A DNA stretch of 64,000 bases from Octopus sinensis (Eukaryota), in NCBI RefSeq assembly GCF_006345805.1, contig NC_042999.1, positions 62,434,001 through 62,498,000 of the forward strand, in the 5' to 3' direction. Shown here piece by piece: positions 1-11,948 of this stretch. The translations under genes were made by a program, and so were the position numbers. Position 1 is the stretch's first letter. Every line of letters begins with the position of its first letter. The notes beneath the pieces were generated by a model that saw nothing but the letters and a program-made list of their open reading frames with translations, made no database searches and was not told the origin of the DNA.

Positions 1-499
1 ATTATATGTGAATGCATTTTCTTTAAGAAAGTGAAATTCTATTGATTTCATTTAATTAAATTCAGTATCCATATATGTAAATTTTGTTTTAAGATGAATA
101 TGGATTGATAAACATATAGTGAGGTGGCGTGGCCGTGTGTGTTAATATTATATTAAGTATAAATATTGTATTATGTAAAATAGTTGAAAAACAGTTGGAA
201 AGGCATAGATTTTATTTAACATACAATGTATGATGAAAGCATGTCCTATCAGTTTCAGTTTGTGTTTCCTCCAGTTTCTTATTGATCTCTAATTTCTCAA
301 TAAATTAAGTATAGTTATGATTCAGTTATTTGTAAGACTATTTTCCAGTGAGGAATATCAAAACATCTCTTTAAAAAATGAATTTAATTACTGCAGACAT
401 TAGAAATTATCCTTCAGGAATGGACTATAAGTAAATGATGCCACAAAGCCAGATACTTAGGACCTACATGTACTAGTGGCCCTTTTCTCATAAAATCTC

Positions 500-1140
500 T
501 CATATTGAAGGCATCAGCAAAGTTTTCACAAGGAAACCTTTCGAGCATGGTTGGTACAAGGGCCTTCTGGCAAAGTTATCTACCTCAAGATTTTCTATGA
601 CTTAAATCTGAATAGTAGTTTCCTGGAAAATTACTTCGTTGTCAGGTTTTCTGTAATCCCCATTCTATTTAGCTGTTTTATATGCCTCAGTCATTATCCC
701 AATTCTTTTCCTCCACTCTGTTAATGACCATCTCTCCGCCGCCTCCAATAATGTTTACTCTTATACAAGCGATGTGGCTCACACTCATTTAGTGCAACTT
801 CAATACAACCTCTATCCATGAAACAAATCAATGTTTCTCACCTAACCTGCATGTTCTTCATGAAAATATTCTGAAACAGTAACTTAACAACTTAATGTCA
901 TAAAACAGTGCCAAACATTAACAACCACAAAACCTCACACTCGCCGCCCACCTGAACTATGTGACTCAATCTTAGATCTACCATCTCTAACAATCTTCAA
1001 TAATTTTTCCATGAAGATCTCAAATCCTTTCTGTAGCTATTGCATGCAACAGATTGCGTTTCTTCTTCAGAAATAAATACTCTGGTGCTGGTCGGTCACC
1101 AACCTTTACAGAATTAAATATTTCCTACTCTAAAGCATCA
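500..1140 (+). mobile_element. Degenerate LINE reverse-transcriptase fragment (CR1/L2/Jockey group)
   Basis: Translates to WYKGLLAKLSTS and LSPILFLHSVNDHLSAASNNVYSYTSD, decayed forms of the LSPLLF..IND and YADD motifs. Frameshifted. Boundaries approximate. Confidence 0.6.
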
Positions 1141-2234
1141 TTTACATATTTATATGATACTCAAATATATACCTGCTGAGACATATGAAGGCATTAACAC
1201 ACACACACATACATGGAGACATAAACACACACGTACACTCATGGGTATGTGTACTCACACATACCTTAAATAATAAATACGAAGTATACTGATCGACACT
1301 TTACATGTACTGTCTTCAATTGAACAATATTACATTTTTATATTTTCTTGCTTCTCTAAACATGTTTGTTAATCTTCACCAGTACCTTAACCCATTTCAT
1401 TTTGTCACAAAAGGCTTTCTGAATTCACTTCCCTGTACTATATACTATGCATTTTCCCAATCTTTCTCCAGATCAGAATTACCTGGAATTCTTTATTAAT
1501 CGTATCTTTACTTCCAGTTTGTAAATCAACTCAAGTTGAATGCAGAGTACAGTTACATTGTCCACTGATGTCTATCCTCCTATTTTGTAGACTGCATGGC
1601 CCCCTGTAGACTATAAGCACTTCTCTTTTTCCTTAGATTGATCAACAAAAAATAGTTTTGGGAAAACAAACTGGTCAGGACTTTTTGCAAATAAAAACAA
1701 TGCTTGATATAAAAAATATTAGGCATAAACTAGATAATCAGTTTGTATTTAGAGAAAACAATTTTAAAGTAGGCTTTCTTCCTTCATATCTTTGAAAAAA
1801 TATTGGTTATTCATGAAGTTTTCAGTAGCTGATGGTTTATAGAAATTAAATATAAAGAAATTGTCTATTGTTGTAATTTAGTACTTGAAAAATATGATAG
1901 TTGAATAAATGTAGAAACCTGGAAAATGCTTCTGATAAACTGCAATTCATTAGTGAAGTAATATAAAAATGTAGTTTATCATCATGACTAGTCTTCATCA
2001 TGTTTCTCTTCATTCTTTCACTATCATCACCTGAAGTAAGGCTATTGAGGTACAGTCTTTCACATATGAACTATACTTAGCTTATTTTCTTTATTTCATC
2101 TTAATTGCAACCATGCTTTCAATGATTTAGTCAGCAGCATTGACCCGATAATTAGTCTGTGGCTTATTTTATTGATCTCTTCATTGAAGAGTTAAGTTAT
2201 TCTATGTTTAGAGCTACTTCCTTTTAGTAACTTC

Positions 2235-2378
2235 CAGGCAGTTTCCATCTACCAAATTAAACTCATAAGGCAATAGTCAGCCTGAAGTTAACCTATAAGG
2301 CACTCGCTTGAGGTACTGTGCAGTGGGATCACTTGGTTACAAAATGAGCTTTTTAACCACACTGCCATGCCTGCTCCT
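2235..2378 (-). mobile_element. Degenerate tRNA-derived SINE 5' part
   Basis: Reverse strand reads GGAGCAGGCATGGCAGTGTGGTTAAAAAGCTC...ATCCCACTGCACAGTACC...TTTGGTAGATGGAAACTG, the same family as 9010-9422. Confidence 0.6.
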
Positions 2379-3517
2379 GTTAACTATTTTCAAAATCTAT
2401 GGAAACAAATAATGTATGTTTTTATTGCAATACCACAAACGCTGGACTGTTTTATTAACATTACAAGCACACCTTCATTTTAATGCCACTATAAACACAC
2501 CATCATTTTCATTTACTGTCAACATAAAGTTATCTTAATTATATTGCACTATCATCTTCAAATTAGCATGTATGCACTGCTATCTCTGCTTGAATGGCTT
2601 CTTTTGTTTCATTTCTGTTCAACTTTTACATTCAACTACATGCACAAGAAATGAACCTGCAGTTAGATATAGTCTTCCAATTAAAAATATAATGTCAGGT
2701 GGATTCTGTGAATAAGATGGCTTTTGACATTTTAGTTTTATTCAGCAAAACATCCTGTTTTCTTCCTGAGACAATTTTGTTAGACTAATAGTTTTCTTTT
2801 TTCTTTCTTTTTTTTTTTTGTACCCTTACTTCCTACATATTCTTAACACTTAAAGAGCAGCAGAAATCTCTAGACAGAGACTATCTCTTTCTAAGCATTT
2901 TTTAAATTTAAAATTACTTATGTTTAAGCTTCTAAAGCTACATAGGTTTTTTTTCTGTTTCAGTAAGCATAGCATATTCTCCTAATGCCTTTTGTATCAA
3001 TAAATTTATTTTCTATCATTATTTCATTAAATTATTACATATATTCATTCAGAGCTTTACATCTTGCTGTTATATATCCTCAAACATCATATGCTGCCCT
3101 CATAGTGTTGCTTTTAATGCTGAAGTCTCTTTGACTATCAGTGAAAGTTAGATCTCTTGGTATTCTTCATTCAATCTAATTGATAGCCAAATTAATTTAA
3201 AATTCACTAAAAGGACTGAGTAGCCAACCATTCTAAAATAAGTCAGAATTAACCTGAAATAATATGTGAAAGTTCAGGGACTTCTACAAAACTTTAAATG
3301 ATTTGATAAAGTTAAATTTAATCTGTTAGTGCTGCATATCTCTAACCTTAATGTTTGACCATATCAATAAATTCCTGACTGCTTTCTCTCACTGGCAGTT
3401 TGTATTTCATTTCACTGGGTTGTTTTCTTTTTGTAATTTGGGGGGGTGGGGGTTTTCAATTTATTCTTGCTATTTCTTTTTAACTGTTTACCTCATACAT
3501 TATATCTGCCCTCTTTA

Positions 3518-3765
3518 TCACTTGTGTTATATTTACACCATTTTCTTTGTCACCTGTGTTATATTTACTTCACTTTCCATGCCACCTGTGTTAACCACTC
3601 TCCTTGTCACCTCTGTTATGTCACACAATTCTTCCTGTCACCTGTGTTATATTTACACCACTATCATTGTCACCACTATTATATTCCTACCACTCTCTTT
3701 ATCACCTGTGTTATATTTTCACTACTCTCATTGTAACCTGTGTTATATTTATCGCTATCATTTTA
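3518..3765. repeat. Degenerate minisatellite, about 8 copies of a ~32-bp unit (core TCACCTGTGTTATATTT)
   Basis: Cores start near 3518, 3550, 3582, 3607, 3638, 3670, 3702 and 3734. Confidence 0.85.
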
Positions 3766-4432
3766 TCATTTTCTTTTGTTTTTGCACTGATGACAGATTT
3801 CGTCACTCAATCTTAGAGATCACTGTTTTTCATTTGTTTTTCTTTCTTTTTTTTTTTCACATTCACTGTCCTTACACTTCTTAATTTCAACAATCTCTTT
3901 GGGAATTATATTTATCAATGTATATATTTGCTTTTTTAACTGGACATGTACACTTTCTTTCTGCCTTTCTCTTACTATTACATTTGCTTTTAATTAATTC
4001 TTGATATTTTTATTCTTAGAGTATGTTTTACTGGTAACTTTCTCTGGTACTAATTCTACACTAGAGAATTTCAAAAAAAAATTTTTATTCTAATGACTTC
4101 CTTAACTGCAAGTCATGCAAACTAAATTAAGTGATCAAAAAAATGACCAAAAAAAAAATTAGAAAACTTTGCAGGTTTAAAGATTTATTAAAATTTAACC
4201 AAAAAACTTTGTTCACAAAATCTGGTAACTATTAGATATTATTTTAACTAAATAGTTTCAAATAATATGTTACCTAAATACTTTAATTCAACAACCATAT
4301 TTTGTGGCAATCTGTGAGAGAACTATTGACAGATATACTAAATATTTATATTTGCTTTTAGTTGAACTATATCAATGAATTCCAATAAATTCATCCTGGT
4401 TTGCATATTTGAACATTATAAAGAATAAATTT

Positions 4433-4830
4433 AGCTATAAAATCTTCAAAGCCACAGTCGAACCAATTCTACTATATGGCTCAGAAACCTGGACGTTATC
4501 AAAGAAGCTTGAGAGGCGGTTGGATGGAACTTACACTCGCCTCCTTATGAGAGCTCAAAATCTCTCATGGAAGCATCATCCAACCAAAGTACAAATATAT
4601 GGGAAATTACCATCTGTGTCATCTCTTGTAAAAGGTAGAAGAGTCCAGTTTGCTGAACATTGTTGTAGAGCTGAAAATGAGGTAATTTCTACTCTTTTCC
4701 TCTGGAAGCCATCTGCTTGCAATACCAGAGGGCGCACACTCTCCTACCCTGATGTAATCTCCAGGGATACAGGCATCCAGCAACGGGACCTCCGTAATGC
4801 TATGATGGACCGTGAAGTCTGGCATAACAT
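4433..4830 (+). mobile_element. 5'-truncated RTE-group LINE, C-terminal part of the ORF
   Basis: Uninterrupted frame IFKATVEPILLYGSETWTL...RRVQFAEHC...AMMDREVW with the typical LLYGSETW motif. Confidence 0.85.
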
Positions 4831-5870
4831 ATATCCATTTTGAAAAGACATGCAGCATTGTTTTACCATTGGTCATAAAAGCATCAAGTTTTCTACTAGA
4901 TATTCCACACTATCATTGCTTGATATATTTTATCAAAGCTAATTAAATGAGGTAAAATAGGAAGAGAATGCAAATTCTTAATTAGATAACAATGAAGTAG
5001 ATTGATGATAGTTTCTTAATTAGATATTTTTTGTTAGATATTCTTGAAAGTATGACAAGTCACGCTTTTTTTTGGAAATAGGCAAAAAAATTTCAAACAC
5101 AAACCTTAACAGGATTGTATGTTAATTCTCTGGGAAATTATTGTCACACAACATACCTATTTCTCTTTAATGAGACATTAGGTGTTAATATTGCAAAAGA
5201 AATCAAAGATATTCAGAAATTAAGTTGTGGCATTTTTCTAATGCTCATGCTTGTACACAAGCCTTAGAATCCTTTCTTAATCATAAAAAATAATATTATA
5301 TTTTAAATAATATAAATTATTTCAATAAAATACACTTCTTTTAATTAGATTTAGTATTAATCGGGTAATGATTTTGTATTTGAAATAATTTCTTTTAGTT
5401 TGTTAATATATTTTCATGCAAACATTCTTTATATATATTTTTGAAAACTTTCAATGTTATTGTTTTAATGGTTTTTCAACTTAAATAGATCAGCAGCAGA
5501 GAACCAGATTCTGTACTTCGTGGTTCAGAGTTCATCAGTCTTAGTCAACTTAACTCCTTGTCTTGGATTCTTCAAATTCTAATCATATCTGGAGTAGCTG
5601 AAATGATGAGGTTTTAGATTAATATCTCTTCCTCTGCTTCAGTTTTAGAACTCTGGATGTGCTTATGTATTTGAAAAAACTGTTTCTGATACCATGAATG
5701 AATAATCTTTATATATATGTGTGTAACTTCTATTTTGTATGAAAGCAATTTTACTTCCAAATCTTTTTCTATTTCAATTGTTTATGTATTCTCCCAGCAT
5801 CAATGTTTGTTTGGTTTATTGATAACTTTTAACTTTGATGTAATGTAAATGCTGTTTCCATTGTTACCAG

Positions 5871-5950
5871 GAGATTTTGAAGCCTTGACTTCTGATGATC
5901 ATTGGAAAAAGGATGAGATACTTGCTGCTAAGATCAAAAAATTTCTATCG
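5871..5950 (+). CDS. RIMS: RIM/unc-10 (RIMS) internal exon A, 80 nt, phase 1 to 0; (G)DFEALTSDDHWKKDEILAAKIKKFLS
   Basis: Acceptor ttccattgttaccag| and strong donor |gtgagt. Open frame. Splices in frame to the HPVTW exon giving ...KIKKFLS-HPVTWQ, the junction I recall from invertebrate RIM/UNC-10 proteins just upstream of the PDZ. Confidence 0.85.
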
Positions 5951-6853
5951 GTGAGTTATGTGCATGCATACTGCCATCTACTGGCTGTTGCAAACAAATC
6001 AAACTTGAAAATCAGATTTATTTGGATTTTTATGTAGTGTGTCAGTTATTGATGGTTTTGCACAGGAGTAGATGACAAGTTTTATGACCAGTAGTTAAAC
6101 ATAAAATTTAACGAAATTACAATTATATCATATCATCATTGATAAAAATTTATCTCTTTACAAAAGATAAAAAAAGGAAAAGAAGATAATTGCCCACTAT
6201 TATCTTCTTGCTTCATTTTCTTAAAAGAAAAGGCTGAATCACATTATAATTAATCTTTTGTTCATTTTTCTTTACTCACTTCTGTTTAATACACAGCAAC
6301 GAATGGTTTATTACATTACAAAAATATCTTTTTCCTTCCTCTTTTCCCCCATCCCTGCTGTCTCTCTTTCTTTCTGTTTTATGTCACCTATATATCATAA
6401 AACAAAGAATTTATTTAATCTGACTACATTGCTTCTTTTAATAAGCATTATGGGAGAACTATTTTATGTTATTATTACTAAATTTTATAGAACAGATCAG
6501 TTCCATTTGTAAGCACACTTCTCTACGCACCAATATATATTTATATGAACAGAATATAAATTGACTAAGAGTTTCATATTTTGCATAGTTTCAAGACTGG
6601 GACGTTATTTTCACTGTCAAACTAGATCATAGTACAGGAAGCTAAATCATTTATGATTGTCCCAGATCTTAAAACGTATTCTGTCATTAGTGTCATCCAT
6701 CAATTTAACCTTAACTTAAAGTGATAAAATGTTTCCTTTCATGAAAAGGGGATAGTCTTAAGAAGAATATCTTGTTGTGAAAATACTTGGTAAAATCTCC
6801 AAGCACTTCAGCCAAAACTAATCAATATAAAAAGTAAGTATTCTATTGTAAAA

Positions 6854-7148
6854 ATTTGTTCCTTCATGAGCCATGCCTGGCTCATAAGGGCCGGTTTCCC
6901 AGTTTCTTTGGCGTATAGGTTCCCCACTTGAATGGGATGCCAGTCCATCACAGGTGAGCTGCAAGATGCAGGAGGAAAGAGTAAGTTGTGGCAAAAGTAT
7001 CAGCAGAAGTTTGCCATTACCTTCTGCCAGAGCCGCATGGAGCTTAAGTGTTTCGCTCATAAACACACACATCACCCAGTCTGAGATTCGAACCCGCGAT
7101 CCCTTGACCACGAGTCTGCTGCTCTAACCACTAGGCCATGTGCCTTCA
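6854..7148 (-). mobile_element. Full-length tRNA-derived SINE (Meta/V-like core) with 11-bp target-site duplication
   Basis: On the minus strand, A box TGGCCTAGTGG, B box GGTTCGAATC and body TGTGATGGACTGGCATCCC. TSD ctattgtaaaa at 6843-6853 and 7149-7159. Confidence 0.9.
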
Positions 7149-7617
7149 CTATTGTAAAAGTAAGGTAAATATATAGTGTGGAAAGGGCAATTATTTATTT
7201 AGATTTATCTTTAAAGTTTTTATCTATAATATCTAAACAGCTTTCAATTTTCTCCTTATTCCTTTTCACCTACCCCTTCCCCTGCCTTTATCTTCCTTCA
7301 AGAGTGATCCTTCGGTCAGGAGAATATTGATGATTGTGAATGCAATCAATGAAAACTAATAAATCAGCCTTTTATACAACCTTGATTATATTTTTACTTT
7401 TGTAATATTGGATTTTGATTTGAGTAACGTATCATTGATAAAAATGATTCTACTGGTCACAAACTTGTTGGCAGAGCATAAACAAATTGAATGAGCATGG
7501 CAGCTGTATGCAGCCAAGATGGTCAATCAACCAACTTACCAGTCATATAGCCATCTGTTCAGCTTGATTTTGCTTTAAATCCTTTGTTAGTCCTTGTTTT
7601 CTTTGTTTGTATTTTAG

Positions 7618-7940
7618 GGGAACCAGAAGGTGTTGCTACTGCCACTGCATTGGGAGCTCAATATAATAGTCGTGTATCTGCAAGTGTGTCATGTAGTGGC
7701 AGTTGGCCTCCTGCAAGTGTATCTCACGCAACAAGTGTCAGCAGTGGTGCTGTTTGCAGTACCAATTCTAAGCTTGTCATGCAGCAGCCAAAATTTAAAC
7801 GACATATTGGTTTACTTGGGGAAAGTCAGAGCACGGAGGACACAGAGAGTGGAAGCTCTGAACCAACACTAATAAAAGATTCCGGCATTGACACTGGTTT
7901 GTCCAGTAGTAATCAGACAATTTATGAAGATCATGCCAAG
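7618..7940 (+). CDS. RIMS: RIM/unc-10 (RIMS) internal exon B, 323 nt, phase 1 to 0; (G)EPEGVATA...SEPTLIKDSGIDTGLSSSNQTIYEDHAK
   Basis: Long pyrimidine tract with ttttag| acceptor and AAG|gtagaa donor. GC-richer open frame. The C-terminal SEPTLIKDSGIDTGLSSSNQTIYEDHAK resembles vertebrate RIM2 SEPQIKDSGVDTCSSTTLNEEHSHSDK, which directly precedes HPVTWQ (recalled sequence). Confidence 0.85.
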
Positions 7941-9009
7941 GTAGAACAATGCAGAAGTATTCAGGAATGGCTAGAAAGGCACTAGTTTACTCTGTAGCTA
8001 AATGCTCACTTCATTTGGATTTTTTTTCCCTTTCATGAAATCAATTGGTTGTTAAAAGTTTGTTTTAAAAGAGAAAGTTTGGTCATAAGCATTTTAATTG
8101 CAAACTCAGTGATTCCATCTTTGTGAAAAATAGCTTTATTAAATGTGCTTTAGTGAAAATATTTTAGGGGTTCAATTTAAATTTCTAGCATGATATCTAT
8201 CAAATACTGTTATTTAGTTAATCTCTTTCTAGTATGGTTCAGATTTTAAATATTTTTTAAATTACTAATTGTGTATAACATTTTGCTTTCTATTAGTATT
8301 GGTATATTTTGAGATTAAAGAATATACAACATGCCTCTGTTAAGTGGATACTATTTTATGTTAATGCTAGCAGGTTATAAAAATTGCTCATAAAATAAGA
8401 ATCTACCCATTCTTTTTAAAATGATTTTCCTTTAAGAAAGTGTAGACAGTCAAAACATTACAAAATTGCATTCAATTAATAATTTGTCTTCTACCATCAA
8501 GTGCAATAATATTCTTTAATGTAGATAGACTTGTCTTTTGTGGAATAAAGCATTTGAGAAGTGAGGAATAAGATCGTCTTGATTACTCCATAATTTGAAA
8601 GATCATAATATATTGAAAGAGTGGAAGTTCTATAGAATTGAATCCCTCAGAATAAAAGGTTGCATTAGTAATTCATGGTCTTGGAAAAAAAGTAACATAG
8701 GTGTTGAAAATAGAATGAGTGCAACTGATCAGTTCAAGTAGAACCAACGATTATTGAAGATCAAACTCTAAGAAAGCTTCAAAATAAGTTACACATAACA
8801 GATACATGATGAAGGGGTACAAGCTGAAGGATCTTAGGAGGAAAAGGCTTAGCAATCATACGCATCTTTTTTTTCTATTTTATTTTGCAATAATCAAAAG
8901 ACCTGCATATATCCATATATGAACAACACTACATAGTAAAGCATATTCAGTGAATAGTTATATCAAATTCTAATATAAATAATATAAATATTTAAACTTC
9001 TAAATATCA

Positions 9010-9422
9010 TCACCATCATCATTAAACATCCACTTTTCCATACTTGTATGCATCGTTTAGAATTTGTTGAGGCAAATTTTCTAGGGTTGAGTACCATTCT
9101 TGTCGCCAACCCTAGCTGTTTCTAACCAAGGTAGCATTTCCCGTGGCCAGATATATTTTCCATGAACACTAAAAATGAACAACATTGCTTGTATAACAGC
9201 AATGCTCATTTACAATCATCATGTAATGTCAAGACAAATGAACATACACAATCACACACACACACACAACAGACTTCTTTCACTGTTTCTGCTTACCAAA
9301 TCCACTCACAAGTTTTTGTTTGGCCTATGATACTATGCTAAATGATTGCCCAAGGTGTCACACAGTGGGACTGAACCCAAATCCACATATTTAGGAAGCA
9401 AATTTCTAAACCACACAACCAC
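9010..9422 (-). mobile_element. tRNA-derived SINE with RTE-type 3' tail
   Basis: Minus strand GTGGTTGTGTGGTTTAG...GGTTCAGTCCCACTGTGTGACACCTTGGGCAA...(TG)n...GGAAAAGTGGATGTTTAATGATGATG. Confidence 0.8.
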
Positions 9423-9684
9423 ATATTTTAAAGCATATTTTTAGGAATAACTTATAAGAGAAAAGACTTAACTTTGCTACTAACATAGATAGTACTAATA
9501 AAACAATAAGCCAAGTTTGATTGCTTTATATCGTTAGATATTAAACTAAATTTGTTCTATGCAGAAATGTTCTGAGGAGAAAATATTGAATGATCAATTC
9601 TTGTTTTGTGAGCTCAAGGCCACTGAACTATTCATTGTCTCTAAGTGGACATTTAATTCTAAAGAGCATAGTTCACAGAAATAT

Positions 9685-9880
9685 TGTTGTTTAGGTCTTT
9701 ACCAAGCAGACCTATAATCACGGATATTCCAACCATGACTAACTTTTCTTTTTCTAAAATACAAAGAGATATATTGGATTATATTGTCCAGTGTATCTTT
9801 CACTCAGATGGTAGAGTATAATTTGAGGGAGATTTGAATGCTTTCTATAGCAACATAAGCAACTACAAAGTGGCATCTAG
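9685..9880 (-). mobile_element. Degenerate interspersed repeat (SINE-like 3' part ending CTAAACAACAA)
   Basis: Reverse-complement similarity to + strand copies at about 19065-19312 and 25200-25420. Confidence 0.55.
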
Positions 9881-10470
9881 ACGTTATTCTAGGATCTTCT
9901 GTTCATGTTAGAGTGGTATCCTATTCAGAAGAGATAAGTCTCTCATCTACTAAACTGTCATTGAATCTAGGGCAAAGCAATGACTATATGTTTGTGATTC
10001 ATGTAGACATTTTGTATCTTTCTTTCAACTGTATATGAGGTATTATGACAGGTATTACAGAAGCAAGCTTGCTTATATATAAATTGACATCAATTTCAAG
10101 AATAATAGCTTACATTTCATCTAGAATAATAACATTAATTTTACATAGTGTTTTATAGTTTGTTCATGCTCTGTAAAATATCAATTAGAATCTTATTAAA
10201 AATATGTATTAAGAAAACAGAATCTATCTCAGGGTCTAAAGAATCAGCTTACTGCGTTTTGATAGAGTTATATATTTTCTCATTTTAGTAAAAGTCCTGT
10301 AAGATTATTGATTCACATCATAATTCATTTAACCTCTCTGACATGGCAAACAAATAATTTTGTACATGAAGTTTATTATGTGAAATTACTTGAATTATTT
10401 TACATAGAAAAATAAACTATTTTTCAATAGTTAGTTACTGCTTCACACCCTCAACTAGAATGACTAACAC

Positions 10471-10710
10471 ATCATCATCATCGTTTAACGTCCGTTTTCC
10501 ATGCTAGCATGGGTTGGACAGTTCAACTGGGGTCTGGGAAGCCAGGAGGCTGCGCCAGGCTCCAGTCTGATCTGGCAGTGTTTCTATGGCTGGATGCCCT
10601 TCCTAACGCCAACCACTCCGTGAGTGTAGTGGGTGCTTTTTACGTGCCACCGGCACAGGGGCCAGAGGAGGCTGGCAAATGGCCACAATCGGTTGGTGCT
10701 TTTTACATGT
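10471..10710 (-). mobile_element. RTE LINE 3' end (5'-truncated) with (GAT)n tail
   Basis: Near-identical to 55218-55537, 57751-58073 and the tail of the RT-bearing copy starting at 58074. Confidence 0.9.
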
Positions 10711-11540
10711 AATATAATACATACAAGTTATATTACAAACAATAGCATTACTTTAACAATTTTATATTAAATGTAACGGAGTCATTCTCCATGACAAAGA
10801 AAAGAAATTTAATGTCTTAGGAGGACCCTTCATCTATGAAGGGTCCTACTTGAGAGATTAAAGATTCCTTTTATTTTTCATAATAAACAATAATTTATTA
10901 AACTTGTTATTTGCTGATGCAGACCGTCACCAGTTTTCTCAGATTCTGCTTTTCCACTCTAACTTTATAGACTGTCCATGCAATCATGGGCCTTTTTTCA
11001 GGCTTACAAAGCAAACTGTATTTACATCAACATTTTATGACAATATTTCTCTGTAAATTTACTTGAAGCTTATTCTCAAGCAGTCACAAATACTTTTTAT
11101 AAAGTGAAATACTTGTTTACATCAGCTTAAAATGCAGTTGTTTCACAATGGACAATTTGGAGAAAAGTTTAACAGTCACAGCTTTCCTGGTACCCAAATT
11201 ATTGTTATTGACTGAGCACCATTAGTAAAGTGAAGAGTGACTTTATAGAAGGTATAGGGAATAATTGACAATACAACCTAGCTTCTAATCAGATATTTTC
11301 TTGTCAATCATGTAAGAAGCTATCTTGCTTGAAGCTGTTTTGCTTTTGTATTGTAACAGAAAGTAGCTATTTTGTTCTTGCGCACAGTCATGCACACACA
11401 CACACACACACACACATACACACAACCTGCTTTTTCAATCAAGTAAGGTAGTGGTTTTGGTATTTTATTTGAATGAAATAATCTTATACCCCTCTGTTTG
11501 CTTCAATCAAACCTAGTTAATATATAGGTTTTACTCTCCA

Positions 11541-11948
11541 TTGCAGAATGGTAAACATTGAAAGGGATACTGAACTATAAAATCAATGCAAATTTCTGAA
11601 TTACAATTTACACAAACACGAAAAAGCTGGCATGAAATAAAATTTAAAAAACTTTAAAATATTTTATTGCATTAAAATACAAAATGACTTCAAAATATTT
11701 TATAATATTTTAGAAAATTCTTTAGAATAAATATGATGTAAGTTATCCAAACATTATCATTTATTACACATTAGCAATAGAAGTTGTATTATTACTGAAT
11801 AACAACCTTTGAATCCTATTTAACATGGATGTTTTGTAAGAATGCTTTAATATTATGGTATTTGTCTTGCGAGGGCACCTGATATTTGAGCGGGCTACTG
11901 ATATTTCTGTACTTTTAAGTATCCCTTTCAATGCTTACCATTCTACAA
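11541..11948. mobile_element. MITE-like element with ~34-bp terminal inverted repeats
   Basis: ttgcagaatggtaaacattgaaagggatactgaa (11541-11574) is the reverse complement of 11915-11948 with 3 mismatches. AT-rich non-coding interior. TSD not clear. Confidence 0.7.

Noticed and set aside
3518-3765. CRISPR-like repeat-spacer appearance and the overlapping 177-aa ORF
   Set aside because: Eukaryotic intron, short spacers that resemble each other, degenerate repeats and no cas genes. The ORF is a by-product of the repeat.
7075-7148. tRNA gene (also at 15454, 9360-9422 and 42060-42126)
   Set aside because: The A and B boxes continue into SINE bodies and tails, and I could not build a full cloverleaf.
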